Origin: Mobula birostris
Lineage: Eukaryota
Assembly: GCF_030028105.1 (NCBI RefSeq)
Contig: NW_027276868.1
Coordinates: 186,001 to 250,000 of the forward strand
Direction of reading: 5' to 3'
Length of the DNA: 64,000 bases
Shown: positions 13,401 through 26,105 of the stretch, piece by piece
Position numbering within the stretch: the first letter of the stretch is position 1
Layout: each line of letters opens with the position of its first letter
Notes under the pieces: generated by a model
Seen by the model: the letters and a program-made list of their open reading frames with translations, nothing else
What the model was told of the DNA's origin: nothing
Database searches by the model: none
Program-made: the position numbers and the translations under genes

Positions 13401-14035
13401 GCAGCTCTATAAAACTCTGGTTAGACCACACTTGGAGTACTGTGTCCAGTTCTGGTCACCTCGCTATAGGAAGGATGTGGAAGCATTGGAAAGGGTACAG
13501 AGGAGATTTACCAGGATGCTGCCTGGTTTAGAGAGTATGCATTATGATCAGAGATTAAGGGAGCTAGGGCTTTACTCCTTGGAGAGAAGGAGGATGAGAG
13601 GAGACATGATAGAAGTGTACAAGATATTAAGAGGAATAGATAGAGTGGATAGCCAGCGCCTCTTCCCCAGGGCACCACTGCTCAATACAAGAGGACATGG
13701 CTTTAAGGTAAGGGGTGGGAAGTTCAAGGGGGATATTAGAGGAAGGGTTTTTACTCAGAGAGTGGTTGGTGCGTGGAATGCACTGCCTGAGTCAGTGGTG
13801 GAGGCAGATACACTAGTGAAGTTAAAGAGACTACTAGACAGGTACATGAAGAAATTTAAGGTAGGGGGGTTACATGGGAGGCAGGGTTTGAGGGTCAGCA
13901 CAACATTGTGGGCCGAAGGGCCTGTAATATGCTGTACTATTTTATGTTCTGTGTTCTATAACATCTTCCCAACAACCAAGGTTAGGCTAACTGGCCTATA
14001 ACTTCCCTTCTTCTGTCTCCCTCCCTTCTTGGAGT
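10485..14035 (-). mobile_element. Older CR1 LINE, split by the insertion at 11783-13959
   Basis: ORF 11222-11626(-) has RT motifs SGVPHGSVLG and KFADD; host sequence resumes at 13960. Confidence 0.9.
11783..13959 (+). mobile_element. Young 5'-truncated CR1 LINE with nearly intact reverse transcriptase
   Basis: 527-aa and 217-aa ORFs separated by one frameshift near 13330-13350; motifs NYRPVSLTS, DFSKAFD, GVPQGSVLGP, FADD; short-repeat tail; AACA duplicated at 11779-11782 and 13960-13963. Confidence 0.95.
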
Positions 14036-14159
14036 GGCATTCGCCCCCTACTTCACCCAATCTGACAGCTTTGCAGAAAGCCTTTTAAGCATCCAATATG
14101 TTTTTGAATAAGAGTTTATTTCAATATATGCACCAAATACAGATTTTTAAGATTAAAAT

Positions 14160-14995
14160 ATAGAAGAGCATATATCTAGGAGCAGGAGCAGGATATTTGG
14201 GCCCTCAAGCCTGATTCACCCTTTAATAAGATCAAGGCTTCTCAAATTGTAATGTCAGCTCTGCATTCTTAAAACTACAATGACCTTGTATCCTTTGCTT
14301 ATCAAGAATCTATTTAACTTTGCCTTAAGCTATCCAGAGCCTTTACTTTAACCGATCTTTGAGGGAGAAAATTTCACCTCATCACTATCTTAAATGTGAA
14401 AACCCTTCTCTTAAAGACTCCTAGTTCTAGATTCTCTCACAGAGCAACTATCCTTTCCCTATCCACCTTGTTGAAATCTCTCAGAAGCTTCATGTTTCAC
14501 TTCAGTTCCCTCTCATTCTAAACTTCAACCAATACAAGCCTAGCTTGTCCAAACTTCCCTCAAAAGACAACCTCCCTATCCCAGTTATCAAGCTAGTTAA
14601 TTGACTCTGAAAATCTTTAAGTGCATTAACACCTTTTCTCAAATTAAAAAAATCAATACAGAATTCCAGAAATTATTTCACCTGAAACATAACCTCCCTC
14701 CAATGCCTCGAGCAATAAACTGTAACACTTGGTTGGCATGCCTGCACAGTCTAGCCTTTTGCAAACTATGCAATAGGATAACCAGACCCTTCTGCATCTC
14801 ACAGCTTTGCAATCTCTCATTGAGATAATATATGGCCTTATTACCACCAAAGTGGGCAATTTCACATTTTCCATAATGCCACATTTTGCAAGTTGATGTT
14901 CAACTCACAATCTATCAATATCCCTTTTAACCTCATCGTGCTCCCTTATCTTCGCTTTTCCCCTTATCTTTGTGTCATCAGTGAATTTAGCAAAG
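14160..14995 (-). mobile_element. Degenerate CR1 3' fragment
   Basis: ORF 14678-14884(-) GKCEIAHFG; CR1-like 3' UTR. Confidence 0.75.
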
Positions 14996-17811
14996 TTTTC
15001 ATATTTCATATTACCTTCTGATGTAAAGGGCCATTCAACCCATTGAATCTGTGCTCACTGTCAGAGTTGGCGCCTTCATTTGTACGAACTATAAATGGTT
15101 GATTCTCCTCTGCTCTGGTCCTTATGGTATACCCCTCATTTTATCTTGCCGACCAGAAAAAGACAATCTGTGTCTGGTCTGTCTTGGGTTCTCTTTGTCA
15201 TATTATTCTAATTTGCAATATCCCCTTCAATTCTTCTGCACCATGTCACATTTCTTTGCCCGGTGTTTTGCCTCATAAATATGAATAACTGATCCCTTAT
15301 TTTGGCACTGACCATGTTGACATCTTACCTTCTTAAAGCCCCAGAATTACACTGCCAAACAGCCTTTTTTTTAAATTTTCTTTCTTCTTCCTCCCGTCCA
15401 ATGATCGGGCTGAACTGATTCAGTTTATCACTTGTGTGGAGTATTTGCAGCTGCCGTATCTTCCTATCAGCACTTCCTATTCTGACATAAGCACACCTAA
15501 AATTAGACTCTCAGGAGCTGCCATGGCATATTGATCTGTGCTTCTTTCTCAAGTTTGACTCCAGATTAAATGCATCCATTAGCAGACAAATGAACACATT
15601 GATTATGAATGCTTTGTGAGTGAGATTTTGGGAGAAGGAGAGACTTCTCCAGGTACAGTAGCTGTAATGTTTTAAAAGCTCAGCCACCTTCTTCTTTCCC
15701 AAATACACCAACATATTAAATTCACATTGGTGGACTGCCCCAAAGATATATGCTGATCACATTTTGCTTATTTGTGCATTAATTTCTGTTATTACCAAGC
15801 TGTTGAATAATTTCTGATTGATGAGGTTGTCCGTGCTGATGTTTCCCTATTTAAAGGACCATTGCATTCCTCTCCCTATTTATTTCACGTGTATGCATTT
15901 ATGTCTCTCTGTGTGGTGCAGTACGTAGAAACGCAGTAGTTCCCTGTCTGTGTCCAGCTCGCTTTTGCTACAGAAATAACTGGAATGGTGTCGCAGGTAA
16001 AGGACATGGAAATGAGTTTTTAAACAAAAGTGTTGGAGATGTGAGATAGAGAGAAACAGAGCACTGAAAATCCAGTGCACTTCAATCACTAACTGAAACA
16101 GGAAGGAGAGTTTAACAACTTGAGTGAGACGTCTTACCACTTCTGATCAAAGATCATATCTAAAACATTTACCTCTTTGCTCCTGATACGCTTACCTTTC
16201 TGCCCCAACAGTAAATTACTAAGTATCTGTTGCAATGCCTGTTGGTGACATCATTTTTGGAGTTAGCTGGAGTTAGTCTGGGCATGGAAGTGATCAAAAC
16301 AAGACATGTCTAGTGTCAAGTCGCTGAACTTCCATCAACTTCACATCAGCTAATCAGTGTGGTATGCATGGCATTCCACTGGTCCGTCAGAAACCAGCAC
16401 ATGTTCGAGTAACGATGCAGTAGCAGTCAATGCTCTGATCCTGTTGAATCTTGAAATTGTATTTTTATTTCAATGTTTGGAGTTTGTTTCTTTGCTATAT
16501 AGGCAACAACATATTTTCTTTATCTTCTTTTCAAAAAGAAATGCTTTCTTATCCTAGTGATATCCCTTCAAAATTCATAAACAAAAACTTAGTGTCCCGT
16601 CTGGATTGAACAAAAGAGCAACTGTGGTCAGTAAATCCTCTGAATCATGGCACATTGTAAGATAATCATAAATGAATCATTACTGCTCCCTCAGTAAGTA
16701 AGTTTGCCACTATGCATTGGCTTCACATGCAGTTGAGGACAGTCAGGGCTGAAATTCCATCTACTCTGAGCTAACTTACATTAATAGTGAAATGTTCCAA
16801 ATGGCCTCCGCTCCTCTGGCCCAGAGATTCAGAAAAATCTATCCCTTTTGCTTTACTTCTTGCTACCAGTTCCCTCTGTAGAAAAGCACGTCTGTCATAG
16901 ACGCCTGATGGGGCAAGGATCAAGGCTGCACTGTCAGAAAGTGCACCAGAGAGTCCAGTTTACTGCTGTCTAGAGATCTAGGCTCACGAGTTAGGAATGG
17001 TCATTTGGCGGAGCAATTTGTCCTGGTATATCTCAAGTACAAGAGTCAAGACATCTCAGGAAGGAAGAAAAAGAAAACAAATAGTCTTATTCAGTGGAAG
17101 ATGTGCCTGTGAGTAAATCTTACACATTAGTAGTGACAGTGCATCTCTAGCAATCAAAATCAAATAACAAGTACATATCTGGTATTAAACCTTGACTGAC
17201 ATCCTTCAAGTTGAACACCCCTAATAACATCTGCAGCAGTGCTTAATGCTAAGCCTGAACATTTGGGTCTTTTTTTGTTGAGCATGATCTGATTGACAGA
17301 TTAAGATGCAAGATTACTCAATGAAAATTAGTTCCAGAATGAGGGCCCATCTGAATGGTATAGGGGTTCATGTCCACCGGGAGATGGACCCAGACGACCA
17401 AAGCTTGTTTACTGTCAGTTCACCTCATTGCAATCATAAGGAGGAACCTTTTAGCTTTTCCATTCTGGCACCGAGTCCCAAACGTGAATGGGTCGTGTTT
17501 TACTACATGCTGCCACCTAGTACTGCATTACAGTGACTTCACATACAGAATTGGCAACGTGAACGACTTTATACAACAACCTTGCCGCAGTTCACATTCA
17601 TACGTGATTTATCAATAAAAAGCTAAAATACTCCCTTGCTGAAAAACAGATAAAATCACACTGCCTGGGAAAGAAATGAAAGGCCTATTATATTTGCTAA
17701 CTTTTGATCCTTAAATCGGGGTATTGCTTAGCTACCATTGAGGTGGAGATAAAGAAGATTCTTGAGATAGCTGAACACTTTTCTATAATGTTTTGTAATT
17801 TTCCTATGTAG

Positions 17812-17856
17812 GGTGAACCAGGTCTTCCTGGGCTTCCTGGACTCCCTGGGATAAAG
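17812..17856 (+). CDS. COL25A1: COL25A1 exon, GEPGLPGLPGLPGIK (45 nt)
   Basis: atgtag|GGT...AAG|gtaatg; identical to recalled human peptide. Confidence 0.95.
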
Positions 17857-18659
17857 GTAATGACTGTTGCAGACTGTACTTTGGGATGGATGTGAAGTAA
17901 AGCTGTCGTTAGCCTGCCTGGTTTCTGATACTGGTCACTCGTTTCTGTCTGTGGCGCTTCCCATCATTTTATTTTTGACATTTGCTTTGGCAGTTTCAAT
18001 TTGAAAATCGTCCACAGTTTGGATTCTGTAAATCAGAATCTATCAGAACTCTTTTTTTTTAGATTTTTCTGCATTTTTTTCTCATTGAAGTTGATCAGAT
18101 GGCATATTTATATGCATTTGCACAAATCTGGCCGGGAAAGAAAACTTAATGAACAGAGCATTTTACAAAGGCACAATGTCAAATAAATATAATTATTGTA
18201 GAAAGGAATTTCCCAATTTCCTGACTAAAGTCCACCTGTGTTAATTATTGTAAACAGCATATCCATGAAACCAATATATTGGAAGCTGAATTGGAATTGG
18301 TTAATTATTGTCACATGTACTGAGATATAGTCTTGTCTACAGTTCATATAAACCAAATTTTTATGTAGTGCATTGAGGTAGAGCAACATAACAGCAATCG
18401 TCCTGATTGAGAGCGTAACAAATAGTCTGGAGCTACTTACTTCACTCAATTAAGAGATATGTTCATTTGAAGTTAGTACATGGAGACAACCTAGCTGTCA
18501 ACATTCGAGGTAAATTTCTATACTGTATTTTTATTAATAACAGTTTCCGTATTAGAGGAAGAAGAATGCCTACTTGGTGCATTGGCAACATCCAAGCAGC
18601 AGAATTATTAATTTGGTTTGCTGATGTGCCATAAAACAGAAATGCTGCTTAGCCTTCCA

Positions 18660-18950
18660 GGGGCACTGTGGGACGGCTGGTGAAGCTGCGGTGCACGGCG
18701 CCAAAGATCAGTGTTCAGTCCTGACCTCCAGTGCTTTTTGTATGAAGCTTATACGTTTCCCCTGCGACCGTGCTGCTTTCCTCCTGGTGACCTGAGTTCC
18801 TCCCAATCCCAGCGACACGGGTTGATAGATTGGCAGGCCGCAATAGTGTGCAAGTGAATGGTAGAATCAGGGGAATATAAGAAGAATAAATTGGGATTAG
18901 TGTAAGTGTTTTCTTGATGGCTACCATGGGCTCAATGCTTGTTTCGATGT
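18660..18950 (+). mobile_element. V-SINE (HE1-like), degenerate
   Basis: gttcagtcc B-box-like motif; V-domain-like block; related copies near 25200-25500, 28463-28710, 31185-31460 and 32365-32672. Confidence 0.65.
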
Positions 18951-21046
18951 TGAATTCCTCCGTACATTAACACTCTCAATAAATGAATGTCATTGTTGGA
19001 TAGAGGAAGGTTCAGCATATGATTTGTTTAGAATCCCGATTTCTTATTCAACCAGCAGTGTTTGTCTCTGAGGCAGGAAATCATTTGCAGGGCCTCTGTA
19101 CAGCAAAAAACAAAATGGGTGAATAGGTTCCATCATGGAAAACTTTGTTCTTGTGCTGTATGAGGAGTGATTAGTCCTCTTCCCGTCAAAATCAATTTGT
19201 TTCACACTCCAAAGTTATTAGGAACTACAAGTATTTCACAGTGGGATAAAGGCGTTATTGGAATGAGGATAGTGTATTCTCACTAACTATATTGAAAATC
19301 AATTGCATTTGGTACACTGGACACAAAAGGATGAGTTGATTAACTTGTATTACTAACTTTTATAAAGAATAAAGGCAAGTAACTTTATATAAACAATTTA
19401 ATCTATGTGGCCAAATGAACCCCTTAGTCTTCAAATTAATAGTGCCGGCACTGGATTTAGCACTTTGCTCTTTGTCCGGGCCTAACACCAGCACCTGTAA
19501 CTCTCCTGCCAGGCATAACCCAGTAAGTCTGTAACATGTCAGTCACTTACACCCACCTAGGAAGGATCAGGTGACAGGTGCCATGTAACATGTATTTAAG
19601 GTTACTAGTTCCTTGGTTAGGATATTTCACTGAGTGGAGAAACTGCAGATGAGTGCATTTACAAAAAGAGATACACTAGAATACATGAAGATCAAACGTG
19701 CTTCACTTCACTCTTAAACAGAAAGACTTTCAGAGCTTCAACCCCATCAAGATATTTGATCAGACTCACTACTCCCAATACCACTCTGACAAGCCAGTCA
19801 TACAACAGTTTTACATCTGAACTCATATTGATACAAACTGTATAAATTGCACTGGAATCTTTTCCATGGTGCCTGTAGCTAGGCGAGAATATTCATTGAA
19901 ATCCCAGGGAAATAAAGCAGTGGAACACACAGCAACCCTTGCTGCCCTCCATACTACTGCCACTTTTGACCATACAGCTTGCTTGTTACAGATGAATTAA
20001 CCCTTCAAAAGAATTTCTACTCATTGACCCTAACAATGACCTCTAACAGGAACAAATTCTCACAGGAAACACAATCATATATCAACATTTAGATTACCTT
20101 TTACAACAAAAGTAACTCATTTTAATGATGTAAGATTGCAGTTTCATAAATTTGCAGGAAGTACAAATTGTCTCCTCCATTTTACCAAGGAAAACTGAAA
20201 TACGGTAAAAAATGAATAGTGACACATCTGCTGGTAGCTTCATTCCCTTAAGTTGCTCCTGAAGAATTTCCTTCGTACAGGATTTTTGTAAAGTACAATG
20301 AAGCCATCAATTAATTTTACGTCCCAATAAGTTACAGAACTTGGCTGTTGTATTTGTCCAAATGTTAGACTAGACATGTTTTTCCCCAGTGAAATACAAT
20401 CTACTCAATTTAACACTAAGCACTATGATTTTCACATCAGGAAAAAATATGTTCTTTACAACTTCCAGTTCTGTCCAGCAAAATGTTCCTGAGATTTATT
20501 TTCAATTTTTAACATTGAAGAGTAAAATTAATGAAATATGAAACCCCTAGAAGTGTTTTCTTTATTCCGTTTTTAGCTTTTCAAAATTCCCTGTATTTTT
20601 TTTAGTTTGGAGTCCTGAATTTCTTCAGACATATAGTTACTGTCTTCCAATAAATTCACCAATTATGATACAATTTTGTTTATCCCTGTTCATTTAGTGT
20701 AGGAATTGCAGAGGAGTTTTGACAATGCCCTTCATTGCCAGTACCTATGTACATTTGGATTGTGTAATTTTATCAATGGTCAATAATACAAAAGTGAACG
20801 TGCACATTTACAGACATGAGATCTGCTGCAAGGCGCAGTGTAATTTATTGTGCTTAAGTTTTTAAGCACCTCAGCTGTGCATTACTTCCTCTTAACTAGG
20901 AGAAAGCAAATTCACAGCCATTAAAAATCAAAATGCACTTTAATATTCTAGGAGACCAGTACAATTATCTGCTGCTCCAAGCACAGATCTTGTACAGACA
21001 ACTGCAAAACAGGCGTGAGCCACTAAGGGTCACTAATAGTACTTTG

Positions 21047-21182
21047 TGGTGTGTGTGTGTGTGTGTGTGCATTTGTGTACGTGTGTGTGCATGTGTCTGT
21101 GTGTGTGTGTGTGCCTGTGTGTGTGAGCATGTGTATGTCCATGTGTGTCCATGTGTGTGTGCGTGTGTGTGTGTGTGTGTGT
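21047..21182. repeat. Imperfect (TG)n microsatellite
   Basis: Directly visible; explains the spurious Cys/Val and His/Thr ORFs. Confidence 0.95.
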
Positions 21183-22672
21183 TTCCAAGAATACTTGTGA
21201 ACTAGGATCTCGATGGTCACTCTTCTCTGACCTCTTCATCACTTTTTTGGAAATTCGGCTTGATCGGCTATTTGAAAATTCTAGCAACGATCATCTTTGA
21301 ATATAACTTTGATTTAAGCAGCACTGCAAGAAGAATGCTATTAATGCAGATGCCTATTGTCCATCTCGCAATATATTTGTCTGCCGAATTTAATAATTCT
21401 GAAAAGTAGGAGAGACATCCTGCTTTCAGGTACTATGTCAAGTTTTAGAAGTTGAGGATAAGACAAAACCTTGGCAACAGAAAATGAATCTCAGGACTGA
21501 AGCAATCAGATCGCCAATGCTAATTCAATCCTGAGCTTACTAATGAAACCAGCTGCGTCAGGAACACTAAGGACAGCAGTGAGAATTTCCTCGTCAATGA
21601 CAGAAAGGGAATTTTCCCCACACATAGAGTACAGTGGCAATGTGGAATATCATGGCAATGGTGGCAGTTAACATCACCATGCATGGAACGTGATGGCAGT
21701 AGTGGAATTTGAACTCCGAGAACCCACGGTAGAACATTTCCCTTATGGTTTGAAGTACAATGGGACACAATCTTTCATCAGAATGATGTAAGTGTGATCA
21801 TTATGTTGGACTTCATTGGCACAGAACAGACTAATACCTGTACCTGTACCTGTGGATATTGATCCACCCAGCTGCTCAGGCAAGCCTTGAAGTGGGGGGG
21901 GGTGGGGGGAGAGATTTGTCTTCCTTTGGAGATTCCTTGACTTTCCTCAGCAAGAAGAGCAAAGCCGTACTCAGCTTGAAATGGGAGATCTAAAGTTGGA
22001 TTCTCCCATAATTAGGAAAGTTTGTAGAAAGACAGAGCACAGTAGATGGCAGTGCATTATTGGCACTGTGCGTGGCAAAGTCTGAAGGGGAAAGGACAGG
22101 CTAAAAGAAACTTTAGCTCTCTACGAGCAAACCATTTCATTCACTTACCACCTGGGATTTTACTCTCAAACATGTATCACACCGTTTCTGTGGTAATGTT
22201 CTGTTTCTATCTATTAGACTATTCATTTTTTGCCATTGATCCACACAATTAATGTGCATGTGGATTCAGCAGAGCCTTCTGTGGGTCACCTCCCTCCGGG
22301 CACATCCTTTGCGGCTTGGACACTGGAATCTGGAGCAACCACTTCAGCTGAAGTCAGGCTCAGTCCATGATCACCTTCATGTTCGGCCCGATCTATGAAC
22401 CCCACCCCTGCTCAACCCTGCTGAGCCCGGATTACTCAATCCCATCCATATCTGGCTCCACTGCCACTCTCCTACCCTGATCCTTGTCTATCCTATACAA
22501 TGGCAAGCCAGATTCCTGGCTCACCAGGCTTGGCACAATCTTAAAGGTTCTGTTCTCTAAGCCGCCTCCTTCCTGCTCTATTGATAACAGGAGCAGTCTG
22601 TTCCCACACTTAAAGTAGCTCCAGAACTGTAGATAACAGATCCAATGAGGCCTTGTGAAAGAGGCTGACGGG

Positions 22673-22751
22673 CAGGGGTTCCCAACCTCTTTCATGCCCT
22701 GGGTAATACTGTTGGGCAAGAGGGCCATGGACTCCAGGTTGGAAACCCCTG
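22673..22751. mobile_element. 79-bp hAT (Charlie/MER1-like) MITE
   Basis: TIRs CAGGGGTTCCCAACC and GGTTGGAAACCCCTG (1 mismatch); 8-bp flanks only loosely similar. Confidence 0.75.
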
Positions 22752-22989
22752 CGACTGGGAGGAGGCACATGCAGAAGAGAGCAAGGCAGTAGGAGAGGGA
22801 GTGTGGTGGAAAGGAGGAGAACTCTGCGTAGGAAAGAGTAAAGAATATGATGAAGGTATGAGAGGGAGGTGAGGAAGAGAGAACGAGGAGAAAATGTGTA
22901 CACAAAGGGAGAAAGGAGGGAGAGGGTGAAGGAGTGAGGGGTTCAAGGGAAAGAGAATGACTACACTGAATTCTCTCTCTCTGTTACAA

Positions 22990-22990
22990 A

Positions 22991-23051
<61 letters not shown>
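22990..23051. repeat. (CA)n microsatellite
   Basis: Directly visible. Confidence 0.97.
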
Positions 23052-23053
<2 letters not shown>

Positions 23054-25529
23054 ACGTCACTCACTCAAACCCATCTGACTCCTGGTTGCTTTTCCCAGCA
23101 TCCTCATTTTCCTTACCACTTGCAACAACTCAAGTTAGAAGTTTTTTCTTGGTGTTTAAGTTTAGAAGTGAGTGTAAATAAACTACTTGATAACAAGCCC
23201 TTTAAAGTCCATTACCAACAATAGGGTGAAGAAGTTCAAAGGTTCATAGGAGGCAGAAGTAGTAATATTTAGTGATTTGAGCTTATTGACCAACAAAAGT
23301 CACAGGTATAACAGCAGACCTTTAAATTATATTATTTGTACTTACCAAGGCAAAACATTTCCTATTGAACCTTTCAAAATTAAAAGCAAATGTGTTTTTC
23401 TTTAAATTATTTTCAAAATAGGTACTCAATGCTTTGGTTGAACAACTAAAACCATGCTTCACTTGAATTAATTCCTGTAGTCACTCAACAGCTCTATTAT
23501 AAAAAGAAAATAAATGAAATGCGCTGCAGAGTTTTAGGAATCACTCGTTAGGATCAGTCCTTTTCCTAGACTTCCATTCAGTACCATTCACTGGTAGTAT
23601 TGAGTAGGTTAGACCCATGTGCTGTGAAGTTTAGAGGAATGAGAGGTGACCATGTTGAATGATGTGAGAATGTTTTCCCTGACATTGAAATGTGGAACTT
23701 GGTTTGGGAGTGGGGGGTATATAATGTCAGAATTTTAAAAATTCACCTGCTTAAGAAGAGCTAAAGAAAAATATCTTTTCCCAGACATTGTGAATCTTTG
23801 GAATGTTCTACCCCACAGAGCTGTGGTTTCTAAGATGCTCATTATTTTCGAGACTAAAATGGGTATAGATTTTTTGACTACAAAGGAACTGAGGTTTATG
23901 CGGAGCAACCAGTAAAACAGTATTCAGGCCAACATTCAGATCAACCATGACCCTTTTGTGTGGTGGGACAAGCACCATGCGACCAACCCCTGTTGTTTCT
24001 TATTTTCCTAGTCCTGCAAGGTCTGTACTTTTCATTGCCTGCGGGCGGAATCTGGAACATCCTCCAGAACTTGGGCTCACTATTTGTAGGCAAACCCCAG
24101 TGAAGATTATTCTTTTTTCTTGCAATTATAGATCTGGATTACTTAGAAAAAAAAGCTAAAACAAATGCTTCCAGCTGGCCATTGTCCTCCTCGACCTGTG
24201 CAAGTCAGATGCACACGTTTTCATGAAATGAATATCAAGCACAACATGCAGATGTACAGAACTCAGAGGCTTTGCATGTGCCGGTGAAAATGTTACTTTA
24301 TACAACAATTAGCTGCTTTAGTCCATTGGAGACTAATCAAGAAAGACAGGACAAAGTTGCACACAGCCCTCCCGCCTTCATTCTGCATGAGTACCAGTGC
24401 CTCTGCTTGTACTTGTAGTGTGAGTGCATTTGCCTGTGTGTTTGCATGTGTGAGATGTTGATCACCCATCACCTTGGAATAAGCCACACCACTTATTGGT
24501 GGATGGCTACATTCTTCCCTCTGGTGTTTTCAAGCTGGTTAAACAGAACATCCCAAATGACATTGTTCCTTGGCATACAAAATGCAACAAAATTCTTCCA
24601 AAGGCTCATCAGACCAACCAGCTGATATGCTATCCGTGAATTAGTCAGTTACATAAAATTCAATTCAAAGTATTTCTAATTTTCTGAGCTGGATTGTCAG
24701 CTGACTATGCTGGAAAATTCAGCAGTTGCTTTCAAAACTAAGTTGGATAAGTAAAATAATGATTACAGGGTAGTGTGGAAACAATATGAGGGAGAAGCTA
24801 ATGGGACTGCCCTTTCAAAAAGCTGTCAAAGCATGAATGGTGAATTTCATGTTTTAGCAATATTTTTAATTAGAGACATCGATTCTAACTTTGGTTTATT
24901 AGTGCCTCTCCTCATTCAGATTTAAGGCATCTAAGAATCACCTGTTGCTGCTCCTGATTAAGTAGGAAGAGGCTAGCGATTGTTGATGCCTTTCCGATCA
25001 AACTGTGGAATCTATGGGATTGTTAATATATCAGCACACTCTGACGTTACCTAAGCAGAATACACGTGTGGTATTTTCATTGTTTCTACTGAATACACGG
25101 TAGAATATAAAATGAATGGGCCACGGTGGGAGACTCTGAAAATGATGCCAGTTCAGAGTCACACTGGAATGGTGCAGGGACAGGCTGAGGGTAAGTGTGC
25201 AGGTGGAATGGGTGAAACTGTTGCCTCAGCTCCAGCGTCCCAGTTTTGATCCTGACTTCAAGTGCTTTTGGTGTAGGTGTTTTTCCATTCTCTCCATAAA
25301 CATGTAGGTCTCTGCTGCCATTTCCACCTGAAGATGCACCGATAGGTTAATTGCCTAAGGTAAATTATCTAAATCATCCCTTGGTGCAGGTAATTGTAAA
25401 AACATGAAAAGAAAGTAGATAGTCATGTCAGAGAGGAGAAGTTACAAGTTATAGTGAAATGAGTAGAGGAAAATTAGATGGTGGATGGCTCGATTTGGAG
25501 CTGGTGTCAACTAATGGGTCAAATTAGAG

Positions 25530-26105
25530 GTAATGTTGCATCTCTGTGGGACCCCAGTCAGACCCCACTTGGACTACTGTGCTCAGTTCTGGTCACCTCA
25601 CTACAGGAAGGACGTGGAAACCATAGAAAGGATGCAGAGGCGATTTACAAGGATGTTGCCTGGATTGGGGAGCATGCCTTATGAGAATAGGTGGAGTGAA
25701 CTCGGCCTTTTCTCCTTGGAGCGACAGAGGATGAGAGGTGACCTGATAGAGGCGTATAAGATGATGAGAGGCGTTGACTGTGTGGATAGTCAGAGACTTT
25801 TTCCCCAGGGCTGAAATGGCTAGCACGAGAGGATACAGTTTTAAGGTGCTTGGAAGTAGGTACGGAGGAGATGTCAGAGATAAGTTTTTTTACGCAGAGA
25901 GTGGTGGGTGCATGGAATGGGCTGCCGGCGACGGTGGTGGAGGGAGATACGATAGGGTCTTTTAAGAGAATCGTGGATGGGTACATGGAGCTTAGAAAAA
26001 TAGAGGGCTATGGGTAAGCCTAGGTAATTTCTAAGGTAAGGACATGTTCAGCACAGCTTTGTGGGCTAAAGGGCCTGAATTGTGCTGTAGGTTTTCTTGG
26101 TTTTT
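25530..26105 (+). mobile_element. CR1 3' fragment
   Basis: ORF 25533-25814 VRPHLDYCAQFWSPHYRKD...; same subfamily as 5461-5775. Confidence 0.9.

Noticed and set aside
17509-17527. Second CTCF-like motif (- strand GCAGTACTAGGTGGCAGCA)
   Set aside because: The key CC at the start of the core is replaced; too weak without data
20933-23181. Cys/Val-rich and His/Thr-rich ORFs
   Set aside because: Translations of TG/CA microsatellites
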